DNA of 64,000 nt from NCBI GenBank assembly GCA_963665665.1, contig OY762428.1, positions 2,944,001 to 3,008,000 of the forward strand, given 5' to 3'. Numbering within the stretch: the first letter of the stretch is position 1; every line of letters starts with the position of its first letter. The stretch comes from Candidatus Kapaibacterium sp. Its GTDB lineage: Bacteria > Bacteroidota > Ignavibacteria > Kapaibacteriales > UBA2268. The translations under genes were made by a program, and so were the position numbers. Shown here one piece after another: positions 27,901 through 37,206 of this stretch. Below the pieces are notes generated by a model. It had not been told where the DNA came from, made no database searches, and worked only from the letters and a program-made list of their open reading frames with translations.

Positions 27901-28998
27901 TTTATACCGAATCGGGGCGGGCTGCATACAGCAAAATTGAATATAATAACACAGGCGGCAACCCTGGAATATGATATAACAGGCATTGGCGAAGAAAGAA
28001 GATTGCAGATTGCCTGCGATATTCTCGACTTCGGCGAAGTGGAATTAACATATGAAAAAACAATATCCGATACTGTCCTGATAAAGAATATTTCTGCACA
28101 TACTGTAAATGTAACCGGTGTCAGCCAGCTCGGGCCGGATATGGAGCAGTTCCATATTATCAGCGGCGGCGAGCCGTTCACTCTTGCCCCGAACGGCGAG
28201 CATGAAATGACATTGCAGTTCATGCCCAAATACGGAGGCAGGACTTCAGGCCAGCTTGGTTTTGAATACGATGGTACGGGCAGCCCTGCAAGAGTACAGC
28301 TATTTGGAACAGGCAAGGGCGGCCTGGTTTATACCATGAACGATTCTGCATATGCCGGAGACCGGTTCAATATAAAACTCATGCTCGGAAATGTTAAACC
28401 CGAGGGCATTGCCAAACTTGCCACTGATTATGAAGCAACAATCCGCTTCCAGAGAACCCTGCTGGCTCCCTCGGGAAGTATTGACTGGCAGAGTACTGTT
28501 GATTCGATCTATGTAACAATCAAAGGCAAAATCGGCAACAGCCTGGAGATATCTGAAATACCCGTTATTGCCTGTTTGGGCAATACTTTTGGAACTGCTA
28601 TCGACGTTGTGGAAATGAAACTGCTTGATGAATCCGGCAACCCGATAGAATATGAATTTGAAAAACAGAGCGGTATTTTTACCCTCCTCGGTATCTGCCG
28701 CGAGGGCGGAACGAGGCTGATAAACCCTGATGTTGAAGCCGGAATAATAAATATATTCCCCAACCCGGCGGAAAAGAGCCTGAATATTGAAATTTCACTG
28801 ATTGAAGAAGGATATACCGAACTGACAATTTCCAACTCAATAGGGGAATCTGTTCAAACATTATTTTCAGGAAATAACGATACCACCGGCGCAAACAAAT
28901 TCAAAGCTGACATCAGCAATCTTGCCAACGGCGTTTACTATGTTATCCTGAAAACACCCAACCAGCATTTTATTGAGAAGGTGTTGGTGATAAGGTAG
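24970..28998 (+). CDS. Secreted T9SS cargo: VWA + Ig-like + 7-blade beta-propeller + Ig-like + CTD
   Basis: Signal peptide; DVSGSM MIDAS, GGTDF, FLTDG; seven 58-aa EWQKCYGG repeats (174-bp period, 26428-27472); IFPNPA...LANGVYYV CTD. Confidence 0.85.
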   Translation: MNKAILILLLLLPLAVQAQSFSVFDIDDTNFPVIKAKFWAFDADGKQITNLSPSDFEITEDGVQRDILNIYCPELQALQAISSVLTIDVSGSMSGRNLEMAKEAARTWIETMPLGKSECAITSFTFENLMVQDFTTDKSRLLEKLNTIILGGGTDFDAGFIDPMAGALITAEKGKHKRVLVFLTDGQSSGSENEIIQKANELEAQVFCITLGQECPKILRNIAEQTGGWWFENIIEVQQAKEIYLRILNVAQSVGACEIEWRSDYFCNTGKTNVNLELLPYSLIAESKYERPELSIAHLEFEPPYLSFKNPNPGEKIWQVVKVTAKNDDFKINDIIVNNQKYYIYPSNFTLKKGKSKDLQISYEATDSAYTYCKMEFQTDKCQEIFYASGGWTGVATLVRTLELIHPNGNEQFIAGSDTIITWEGLTPYDVVSIDYSINNGQSWRNLADSAMGLLYNWSNVPLPASDSCLIKVSQPGEGLPAHSIEWQKCFGGSKNDWALSICQTDDGGYITFGYSESNDGDISENYGNYDYWVVKTDFAGNIQWQKNYGGSSLEQAEVIIQTLDGGYIITGTSGSNDGDVSDNHGNNDIWIVKLNKAGAIEWQKCYGGTQMEIIKDIVQTSDNGYIFAGFTYSNNGDVYGNHGSTDYWVVKIDSEGVQEWQKCLGGTNGDYANSIQQTKDGGYIVAGYTRSRDGDVSGYHSFNDFWVVKLTDAAEIEWQKCYGGYDDDIAYAVCQTKDSGYIVAGFTYSNDGDVLNNKAGNNIWILKLNTSGEIQWQKCYGGSEFDCAIDINETDDGGYIIAGESGSKDGDVDWNHGERDYWIIKLNENGFIEWQENLGGSLRDATYSVLQTSDKGYIIAGFTYSNDGDVSGNHGESDFWIVKLTPDKPPLQSDTSDAVFSIVAPLAEARNIDMGREIVGEVKDSLFVDFVVNTGSYKVRIDSIYFTGADSIAFAQVSAFPVYEIEVDKAQSTEFRFIPNRGGLHTAKLNIITQAATLEYDITGIGEERRLQIACDILDFGEVELTYEKTISDTVLIKNISAHTVNVTGVSQLGPDMEQFHIISGGEPFTLAPNGEHEMTLQFMPKYGGRTSGQLGFEYDGTGSPARVQLFGTGKGGLVYTMNDSAYAGDRFNIKLMLGNVKPEGIAKLATDYEATIRFQRTLLAPSGSIDWQSTVDSIYVTIKGKIGNSLEISEIPVIACLGNTFGTAIDVVEMKLLDESGNPIEYEFEKQSGIFTLLGICREGGTRLINPDVEAGIINIFPNPAEKSLNIEISLIEEGYTELTISNSIGESVQTLFSGNNDTTGANKFKADISNLANGVYYVILKTPNQHFIEKVLVIR

Positions 28999-31900
28999 GG
29001 TTGTTATATAATCAAAGTATTCTAAGCCATTCAGTGAGTATAAGAATAAATCAAATATAATAATGATAACTGTTTACGATTATTTTGAATCAAACAGATT
29101 GTTGACTAATTCCAAAATAATCGATTATTTTTTAAAAAATCCTGATACCTTTTTACTACTTGATGTGTAATTTTATAAATGAAATTGCTTTGACGTTGTT
29201 ATTATATACATCTTCTCAAACTGCAATGAATAGTTGAAAAAGAGATTTTATCAGAGGTTCCACCATGAAGAAAATAATCCTGACCCTGCTTTTTATTTTA
29301 TCACAAGATGCTATTTCGCAATCATTTATAGTAATGGATATTGATACAACCGATTACCCTATCATGCGTGCGAAATTTTATGCTAATGATGGCTACAGAA
29401 GGCAAATCAGAAATCTTTCCCCTTCTGATTTTGAGATAACTGAGGATGAATTTTATCGGGATGTGATAAGTGTATCCTGTCCTAAAGCTAAAGAACCAGA
29501 TGCTATTTCAAGCGTACTAACCATTGATGTTTCGGGTTCGATGGAGATGAAAGGTTTAGAAATGGCAAAGAAAGCAGGAGATGCATGGATAAACGCAATG
29601 CCACTTGGAAAGTCAGAATGTGCAATAACTTCTTTCAATGAAGACAATATAATGGTTCAGGATTTTACTACTAATAGAACGAGGCTTCTTCAGAAATTGA
29701 ATTCCCTCTCTGCAGATGGCGGTACTGATTTTAATGCCGGTTTTATTGACCCTATGTCAGGCGCTTTGCTGGCTGCCGAGAAAGGAAAATATAAAAAAGT
29801 TGTGGTATTTATTACTGATGGAGGAGGCAAAGGAAGGGAACAGGCTATTATTCAAAAAGCAAATGAAATTGAAGCTACTGTTTTTTGTGTAGTTGTTGAT
29901 TCCGATTGTCCAGATATTTTAAAAAATATTTCAGAACAAACAGGCGGATTTTGGTTTGAAAATGTAACAACTTATGAACAGGCAAAAGAAACATATTTAA
30001 ATATTTTGCAAATTTTTCAAGATCACAGCCCATGCGAAATTGAATGGCAAAGCAATCAAATTTGTCGGTATAATAAAATTGATTTAAAAATTTCCATACC
30101 CGCAATGGAATTAAGTTATTCCGGATATTATTATCCATCGCAAAAATCAATTGCAAAGCTAAAATATACTCCCAACGACATTTTATTTTTAAACAAACCG
30201 GTAGGGGTACGTGCTGATACAAGCATAAAAGTTACTGCAATTAATGCTGATTTCAATGTTACAAATATTATAAGCCATAACCCGGAATTTGAAATCAGTC
30301 CAAAATCATTTTTTATTAAAGCCGGGAATAGTAAAGAACTGACAGTGAGTTTTACTCCGACTGATAAAAATTATAAATTTGCCATATTTGATATCGAAAA
30401 TGATGTTTGCAATTCTAATTTCTTTTCTGCCGGCAGATTTGACGGACAGGCAGCACAGCAAAATATATTAAAACTCACACATCCCAAAGGAGGAGAAGAA
30501 TTTCTAATTGGAAGCGATACGGTGATAACCTGGGAAGGGATTTTACCTTCAGAAACTATTTCTATTGAATACAGTATTGATGCCGGCAATAACTGGAACA
30601 TGATTACAGAAAAGGCAAGTGGCCTGAGATACCCCTGGACTGATATTCCAAAACCGCCAAGTAATAATTGTAAAGTAAGAATAAGAAATGATAATATTTA
30701 TATAAAAAATATTGAAGAAACCATAGATTTATCCGGGCATACTTTTAATGTTCGTTGGATCAGTTGGAGCCCGGACGGTAACATGGTAGCCACCGCAGGC
30801 TATGATGGAACAGGCCGTATCTGGGATGCTGATACCGGCGAGCTAATTCATACACTATCAGGCCATACTGATTATGTCTATCACATCAGTTGGAGTTCTG
30901 ACGGCAGCAAGGTAGCCACCGCAAGTAAAGATCAAACTGCTCGTATCTGGAATGCCGTTAACGGGAATTTGATTCATATACTTTCAGGCCATAGCAGCAA
31001 TGTGTGTTATATAAGCTGGAGCCCGGACGGCAGCAAAGTGGCCACTGCAAGCTGGGATGATACCGGCCGCATCTGGGATGCAAACAGCGGGGATATGCTA
31101 CATACTCTGGCAGAACATAATTATGATGTCTATCACATCAGTTGGAGCCCGGACGGTAATTATGTAGCCACGGCAAGTGGTGATGAAACAGGCTGTATCT
31201 GGGATGCAGGCAGTGGAGAATTGATTCATACACTTCCCGGGCATAGAGGTAATGTGGAGCACATCTGTTGGAGCCCTGACGGAGAGAGAGTAGCCACAGC
31301 AAGTGATGATGGAAAAGGCCGTATCTGGGGTGCTATGAGTGGTGAAATTATTCATACACTGTCTGGGCATACAGGTCCTGCCTATCATATAAGCTGGAGC
31401 CCGGACGGAACAAAAGTAGCTACGGCAAGCAGCGATAATACCGGACGTATCTGGGATGCAGACAAGGGTGAACTTATTCATATACTAAACGGGCATATTA
31501 ACAGAGTCTATCATATCAGTTGGAATTTTGACGGGACTAAAGTAGCTACAGCAAGTTGGGACAATACCGGAAAAATATGGGATGTAAGTAATGGCGAACT
31601 TATTTATACACTATCAGGACATACCAAAGAAGTCTTTCATATAAGCTGGAGCCCGGACGGAACAAAAGTAGCCACGGCTGGTTTTGATTACAAAGCAAAG
31701 ATATGGGAATTAGAAAATGCCAATACTTTTGATCAGGAAGATGTGTCAGAATTATTCTCCATTGTTGCCCCTCTCGCCGAAGCCAGAAGCATAGATATGG
31801 GCAGGGAAATCGTTGGCGAAGTGAAAGATTCCCTTTTCACTGATTTTGTGGAGAATACAGGAACATATAAAGTAAGGATTGATTCAATATATTTTACCGG

Positions 31901-33083
31901 TGCTGATGCAAATGCTTTTGCCCAGGTTTCGGCTTTCCCTGTTTATGAAATTGATGTGAATAAAGCTCAATCCACCGAGTTCAGGTTTATACCAAACCGG
32001 GTTGGGCTTCATACTGCAAAGCTGAATATAATAACACAGGCTGAAACGCTTGAATATGATATTACAGGGATTGGCGAAGAAAGAAAATTGCATTTTGCCT
32101 GCAATATTCTCGACTTTGGCGAAGTGGAAATTACGCAGGAAAAGACAATATCCGATACTGTTCTAATCAGGAATCTGACTAATCAGCAAATAAATATAAC
32201 AGGCGTAAACCAGCTTGGGCCGGATATGGAGCAGTTTCATATTATCAGCGGCGGCGAGCCGTTCACTCTTGCCCCGAACGGCGACCACAAAATGACTTTA
32301 CAGTTTATGCCGAAATATGGCGGCAGGACTTCAGGCCAGCTCGGCTTTGAATTCAATGGCGCAGGCAGCCCGGCAATAGTTCAGCTATTCGGCACAGGCA
32401 AGGGCGGCCTTGTCTATGCAGCAGACGATTCAGCATACGCCGGAGACCAATTCAATATTAAGCTCATGCTCGGAAATGTTAAACCCGAGGGCATTGCTAA
32501 ACTTGCCACTGATTATGAAGCAACAATCCGCTTCCAGAGAACACTACTTGCCCCCTCGGGAAGTATAGACTGGCAGAGTACGGTTGATTCAATCTATATT
32601 ACAATCAAAGGCAAAATCGGCAACAGCCTGGAGATAGCTGAAATACCCGTTATTGCCTGTTTGGGCAATACTTTTGGAACTGCTATCGACGTTGTGGAAA
32701 TGAAACTGCTTGATGAATCCGGCAACCCGATAGAATATGAATTTGAAAAACAGAGCGGTATTTTTACCCTCCTCGGTATCTGCCGCGAGGGCGGAGCCAG
32801 GTTAATAAACCCTGATATTGAAGCCGGAATAATAAATATATTCCCCAACCCGGCGGAAAAGAGCCTGAATATTGAAATTTCACTGATTGAAGAAGGATAT
32901 ACCGAACTGACAATTTCCAACTCAATAGGAGAATCTGTTCAAACATTATTTTCAGGAAATAACGATACCACCGGCGCAAACAAATTCAAAGCTGACATCA
33001 GCAATCTTGCCAACGGCGTTTACTATGTTATCCTGAAAACACCCAACCAGCATTTTATTGAGAAGGTGTTGGTGATTAGATAG
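27670..33083 (+). repeat. Near-identical 1329-bp 3' halves of the two T9SS genes (27670-28998 and 31755-33083)
   Basis: Both start TTCTCCATTGTTGCCCCTCTCGCCGAAGCCAGA and have equal length; the last ~600 bp are almost identical. Confidence 0.9.
29265..33083 (+). CDS. Secreted T9SS cargo: VWA + Ig-like + WD40 propeller + Ig-like + CTD
   Basis: Same scaffold as the upstream paralog; eight 42-aa GH...WSPDG..VATAS.D.T.RIWD repeats (126-bp period, 30765-31647). Confidence 0.88.
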   Translation: MKKIILTLLFILSQDAISQSFIVMDIDTTDYPIMRAKFYANDGYRRQIRNLSPSDFEITEDEFYRDVISVSCPKAKEPDAISSVLTIDVSGSMEMKGLEMAKKAGDAWINAMPLGKSECAITSFNEDNIMVQDFTTNRTRLLQKLNSLSADGGTDFNAGFIDPMSGALLAAEKGKYKKVVVFITDGGGKGREQAIIQKANEIEATVFCVVVDSDCPDILKNISEQTGGFWFENVTTYEQAKETYLNILQIFQDHSPCEIEWQSNQICRYNKIDLKISIPAMELSYSGYYYPSQKSIAKLKYTPNDILFLNKPVGVRADTSIKVTAINADFNVTNIISHNPEFEISPKSFFIKAGNSKELTVSFTPTDKNYKFAIFDIENDVCNSNFFSAGRFDGQAAQQNILKLTHPKGGEEFLIGSDTVITWEGILPSETISIEYSIDAGNNWNMITEKASGLRYPWTDIPKPPSNNCKVRIRNDNIYIKNIEETIDLSGHTFNVRWISWSPDGNMVATAGYDGTGRIWDADTGELIHTLSGHTDYVYHISWSSDGSKVATASKDQTARIWNAVNGNLIHILSGHSSNVCYISWSPDGSKVATASWDDTGRIWDANSGDMLHTLAEHNYDVYHISWSPDGNYVATASGDETGCIWDAGSGELIHTLPGHRGNVEHICWSPDGERVATASDDGKGRIWGAMSGEIIHTLSGHTGPAYHISWSPDGTKVATASSDNTGRIWDADKGELIHILNGHINRVYHISWNFDGTKVATASWDNTGKIWDVSNGELIYTLSGHTKEVFHISWSPDGTKVATAGFDYKAKIWELENANTFDQEDVSELFSIVAPLAEARSIDMGREIVGEVKDSLFTDFVENTGTYKVRIDSIYFTGADANAFAQVSAFPVYEIDVNKAQSTEFRFIPNRVGLHTAKLNIITQAETLEYDITGIGEERKLHFACNILDFGEVEITQEKTISDTVLIRNLTNQQINITGVNQLGPDMEQFHIISGGEPFTLAPNGDHKMTLQFMPKYGGRTSGQLGFEFNGAGSPAIVQLFGTGKGGLVYAADDSAYAGDQFNIKLMLGNVKPEGIAKLATDYEATIRFQRTLLAPSGSIDWQSTVDSIYITIKGKIGNSLEIAEIPVIACLGNTFGTAIDVVEMKLLDESGNPIEYEFEKQSGIFTLLGICREGGARLINPDIEAGIINIFPNPAEKSLNIEISLIEEGYTELTISNSIGESVQTLFSGNNDTTGANKFKADISNLANGVYYVILKTPNQHFIEKVLVIR

Positions 33084-33429
33084 GATAGAAATATAATTAG
33101 CTTGTCTCGTTATATAATATATGTTCAAAATATGAAACATTTTATACATGATGTTGTCATCTGCTTCACCATAATGTATTAGCGCTTGTATTTGTTTCTA
33201 TTCACTTTTATTACCAGCTTATATATTTAACCATAATAATCTAAGCTAATGTAATTTCTTTCTCACTGAGGAAAAAATTACACAAATTATTATGTACTAA
33301 CCTTATTATTTATGTGAAACTTGAAATTTTACAAAGTTTTCATATTTTTCATTTCATTTATATCCAGCATTTTAGTATTATCAAATATTAATAATTACTG
33401 GAATTTAATAAACTCGGGGAGCAAAAGAA

Positions 33430-35088
33430 ATGAAATCCACATTAAGCGTATTATTTATTCTATTTTTATTCGTGTCAGAAAGCTTAAAAGCAGAAGAATT
33501 CAAAGAGGTGAACAGCGAATTATCAGCAGTAACTGTGTTTCGCCAGGGGGCGACTCTGACTCACAAAGCTGAAGTAAAACTCGTGAAAGGCGTAAATAAT
33601 CTCTCAATAATAAATATCGGCGATTATGTTAACGAGCAGAGTATCAGGGTTCAGTCAGATAAAGAGATAACGTTGCTTTCTGTAAAACTTGGAACCAACT
33701 TTCTTGAAAATAATGATAAATCCAAAGAGCAGAAAAAACTTGAGGATTCCCTGGAAAAAGTAGGAAAGGAAATATCCCGTCAGCAGAACAGGAAAAATGT
33801 TCTTGGCGAAGAAGAGAACATGCTCCGCGAGAACCGTAAACTGACAGGCGACGGCAACCAGATAACAGTAACAGAAATCAGGCAAATGGCGGAATACTAT
33901 TCTGCCAGGGTAACAGAAATCAGGAATACATATCTTGAAATTGATGGGAATATCAAGGCTCTTGGGGAAACGCAGCAGAGACTTCAGCAGCAGCTAAATT
34001 CAATTAATGCGCAGAAGAAACCCCGAAAAGCTATCGAAATTAAAATTGACGCGGATAAAGCGGAGAAAGCAGATATTTTTGTTTCCTATTATTCACCACA
34101 GGCAGGCTGGGCACCATTTTATGATCTGAGAATTAAAGATACCGAGAGCGACCTTATGGCTGAGTACAAAGCATCCGTTCAGAACGGCAGCGGAGTTGAC
34201 TGGATTGATATGCCGCTAACCCTGTCAACTCGCAATCCTGTGACTAATAATATTGCGCCGCAGGTTAACCCCATTAGATTGAATTTTGTAGAGAATTTCA
34301 GGAATAAAAGCGGTTATGTGTCAACAAAGAATACACTTGCTCCTGGAACCAGAAAAATACCTACTGGCCCGGCATATGGAACTTTTACCGGAGAGGTTCC
34401 TGAAACAGGACAGGATTTATCAGGTTTTGCAGATGCTGTCGATTTTGGAGACGTAGAAATATCGGAAAATATCAGTTCCGTTTACTCTGTTGAATACACA
34501 ACTGAGGCAAAATATACCGTTCCCAGCGACTGGCAGGAAAGAAACGTACTGATGCTGCGCAAAGAAATACCAGCCAAATTCGAATACCTGACTGTTCCCA
34601 AATATGATATGAAAGCATACCTGACAGCAAAGATCGAGGATGCACATAAATATAACCTTCTGCCCGGCAGCGCTAACATATATTTCGAAAACACTTATGC
34701 CGGTGAAACATATATCAGTCCCGTGGATACCAAAAAAGACCTGACTGTATCAGTATCACCGGATGAAGGAATAGTCGTTAAGCGCGAGATGGTAGATGAT
34801 TTCACAGATTACAAATTCATGAGCAGCGACCTGGAAAGAAAATTCGGCTACCGGACAACGATCAAGAATAACAAACCCGGCAAAGTAAAGATAACAATGA
34901 AAAGCCAGATACCCGTTTCCATGAACGAGGACATTGAAGTGGAAGCTGTCAACCTTTCAGGCGGAAAACTTGAAAAAGATACCGGTATTATTACATGGGA
35001 GCTGGAAATTGAATCAGGGAAGAGTGTTGAGAAGATGCTTGTCTTCAGCGTTCGGCATCCCAAGGAAAAAACGGTTAATAATTTTTAG
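33430..35088 (+). CDS. DUF4140/DUF4139 (MuiA-like) exported protein, copy 1
   Basis: Signal peptide; VTVFRQGA, coiled coil, AGWAPFYDLR, VQNGSGVDW...LST..P, NLLPG..NIYFE..Y.G. Confidence 0.85.
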   Translation: MKSTLSVLFILFLFVSESLKAEEFKEVNSELSAVTVFRQGATLTHKAEVKLVKGVNNLSIINIGDYVNEQSIRVQSDKEITLLSVKLGTNFLENNDKSKEQKKLEDSLEKVGKEISRQQNRKNVLGEEENMLRENRKLTGDGNQITVTEIRQMAEYYSARVTEIRNTYLEIDGNIKALGETQQRLQQQLNSINAQKKPRKAIEIKIDADKAEKADIFVSYYSPQAGWAPFYDLRIKDTESDLMAEYKASVQNGSGVDWIDMPLTLSTRNPVTNNIAPQVNPIRLNFVENFRNKSGYVSTKNTLAPGTRKIPTGPAYGTFTGEVPETGQDLSGFADAVDFGDVEISENISSVYSVEYTTEAKYTVPSDWQERNVLMLRKEIPAKFEYLTVPKYDMKAYLTAKIEDAHKYNLLPGSANIYFENTYAGETYISPVDTKKDLTVSVSPDEGIVVKREMVDDFTDYKFMSSDLERKFGYRTTIKNNKPGKVKITMKSQIPVSMNEDIEVEAVNLSGGKLEKDTGIITWELEIESGKSVEKMLVFSVRHPKEKTVNNF

Positions 35089-35102
35089 AGTGTATTTATA
35101 AT

Positions 35103-35131
35103 TCATCCGATGACTGAGAGTCATCGGATGA
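35103..35131. repeat. Perfect palindrome (REP-like element or terminator)
   Basis: TCATCCGATGACT-GAG-AGTCATCGGATGA, 13-bp stem. Confidence 0.7.
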
Positions 35132-35173
35132 TTGGGAATAATAAAAACAAACTATAACCAGAGGAAATAAGAA

Positions 35174-36820
35174 ATGAAATCGACATTAAGCGTATTATTT
35201 ATTCTATTTTTATTCGTGGCTGAAAATGTAAAATCTGAAGAATTTAAGGAAATAAACAGCGAATTATCGGCAGTAACTGTGTTTCGCCAGGGTGCTACTT
35301 TGACTCATAAAGCTGAGGTCAAACTCGTTAAAGGTGTAAATAATCTCTCGATAATAAATATCGGCGATTATGTTAACGAGCAGAGTATCAGGGTTCAGTC
35401 TGATAAAGAGATAACGTTGCTTTCAGTAAAACTGGGAACCAATTTCCTTGAGAATAATGATAAATCCAAAGAGCAGAAAAAACTTGAGGATTCACTTGAA
35501 AAAGTACAAAAGAAAATATCCCGCGAGCAGAACAGGAAAAATGTTCTTGGCGAAGAAGAGAACATGCTGCGCGAGAACCGTAAACTGACAGGCGACGGCA
35601 ACCAGATAACAGTAACAGAAATCAGGCAAATGGCTGAATATTATTCAGCAAGGGTAACAGAAATAAAGAACACATATCTTGAAATTGATGAGAAGATAAA
35701 AAAACTACGGGAAACTCAACAACGATTGCAACAGCAGCTGAATTCAATAAACGCACAAAAGAAACCAAGAAAAGCTATAGAAATAAAGATTGATGCGGAT
35801 AAAGCAGATAAAGCCGACATATTTGTATCATATTATACGACCAGGGCAAAATGGATCCCGTTCTATGATTTGAGAATTAAAGATACCGAGAGCGACCTGA
35901 CTGCGGAATACAAAGCATCAGTTCAAAACGGCAGCGGCGTCGACTGGATTGATATGCCGCTGACACTTTCCACACGCAATCCTGTGACTAATAATATTGC
36001 GCCGCAGGTTAACCCCATTAGATTGAATTTTGTAGAGAATTTCAGGAATAAAAGCGGTTATGTGTCAATTCAGAATGAAGCATATGTGACGCAAATAAGG
36101 GTTGATGGAGTTGATGTAAGTAAAAATCGAAAGTCTATGGATAAGAATCTATCAGGATTTGCAGATGCGGTCGATTTTGGAGATGTAGAAGTATCAGAAA
36201 ATATCAGCTCCGTTTACTCGGTTGAATACACAACAGAAGCCAAATATACTATCCCCAGCGACTGGCAGGAAAGAAACGTGCTGATGCTTCGCAGGGAAAT
36301 ACCAGCCAAATTTGAATACCTGACTGTGCCCAAATATGATATGAAAGCCTACCTGACAGCTAAAATTGAGGATGCTCATAAATATAACCTTCTGCCCGGC
36401 AGTGCCAATATATATTTCGAAAACACCTATGCCGGCGAAACATATATAAATCCCGTGGATACCAAAAAAGACCTGACAGTCTCAGTATCACCTGATGAAG
36501 GAATTGTCGTTAAGCGCGAGATGGTGGACGATTTCACTGATTACAAATTCATGAGCAGCGACCTGGAAAGAAAATTCGGCTACAGGACAACGATAAAGAA
36601 TAACAAACACGGCAAAGTTAAGATAACAATGAAAAGCCAGATACCTGTTTCCATGAATGAGGATATTGAAGTGGAAGCTGTCAACCTTTCCGGAGGCAAA
36701 CTTGAAAAAGATACCGGCATTATTACATGGGAGCTGGAAATTGAATCAGGGAAGATTGTTGAGAAGATGCTGGTATTCAGCGTTCGGCATCCAAAAGAAA
36801 AAACGGTTAATAATTTTTAG
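35174..36820 (+). CDS. DUF4140/DUF4139 (MuiA-like) exported protein, copy 2
   Basis: Tandem paralog of 33430-35088, nearly identical except a central segment. Confidence 0.85.
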   Translation: MKSTLSVLFILFLFVAENVKSEEFKEINSELSAVTVFRQGATLTHKAEVKLVKGVNNLSIINIGDYVNEQSIRVQSDKEITLLSVKLGTNFLENNDKSKEQKKLEDSLEKVQKKISREQNRKNVLGEEENMLRENRKLTGDGNQITVTEIRQMAEYYSARVTEIKNTYLEIDEKIKKLRETQQRLQQQLNSINAQKKPRKAIEIKIDADKADKADIFVSYYTTRAKWIPFYDLRIKDTESDLTAEYKASVQNGSGVDWIDMPLTLSTRNPVTNNIAPQVNPIRLNFVENFRNKSGYVSIQNEAYVTQIRVDGVDVSKNRKSMDKNLSGFADAVDFGDVEVSENISSVYSVEYTTEAKYTIPSDWQERNVLMLRREIPAKFEYLTVPKYDMKAYLTAKIEDAHKYNLLPGSANIYFENTYAGETYINPVDTKKDLTVSVSPDEGIVVKREMVDDFTDYKFMSSDLERKFGYRTTIKNNKHGKVKITMKSQIPVSMNEDIEVEAVNLSGGKLEKDTGIITWELEIESGKIVEKMLVFSVRHPKEKTVNNF

Positions 36821-36865
36821 AGTGTTCTCATGATTCATGGGGTTGTCTAAAAAGTTAGAAAAGCT

Positions 36866-36958
36866 GTCATTTCCCGACAAGCCGGGATCTTCGACTGAGC
36901 GCAGCGAAGAATCCATAACCCGCATGAATACTGGATTCTTCACTTCGTTCAGAATGAC
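36866..36958. repeat. REP/REPIN-like inverted repeat with a nested small hairpin
   Basis: CTGAGCGCAGCGAAGAATCCA (36895-36915) pairs with TGGATTCTTCACTTCGTTCAG (36932-36952); GTCATT...AATGAC ends; related arm at ~61799. Confidence 0.7.
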
Positions 36959-37206
36959 AAATCGCAAAAATTCAGAATAATGAAACATCTCCATAAATAT
37001 AAAGAATATTTTATAATATACACTATAGTCGGTTTATGAGTAAAAATAAAAATATTGAAGAGAGTTTCGAAGCCGTTGTGTCAATTATCATAACAGCAGA
37101 GCTGTAACGGAATACAAAATGATTTAATATTATTTTAACGTCAGCTTTTAAATAAGCTGCAAAGCTTGTATTTTTGAAATATGAATATTTAACTAAGGAT
37201 AGGAAA

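Noticed and set aside
26420-31715. Regular 174-bp and 126-bp repeats as a CRISPR array
   Set aside because: They are in-frame coding repeats of beta-propeller blades, with no repeat-spacer structure and no cas genes
33321-33572. 83-aa ORF overlapping the DUF4139 start
   Set aside because: TTG start, no recognisable motifs, overlaps a well-supported gene in another frame
37037-37108. Short ORF MSKNKNIEESFEAVVSIIITAEL, perhaps a gene remnant
   Set aside because: Too short to assign
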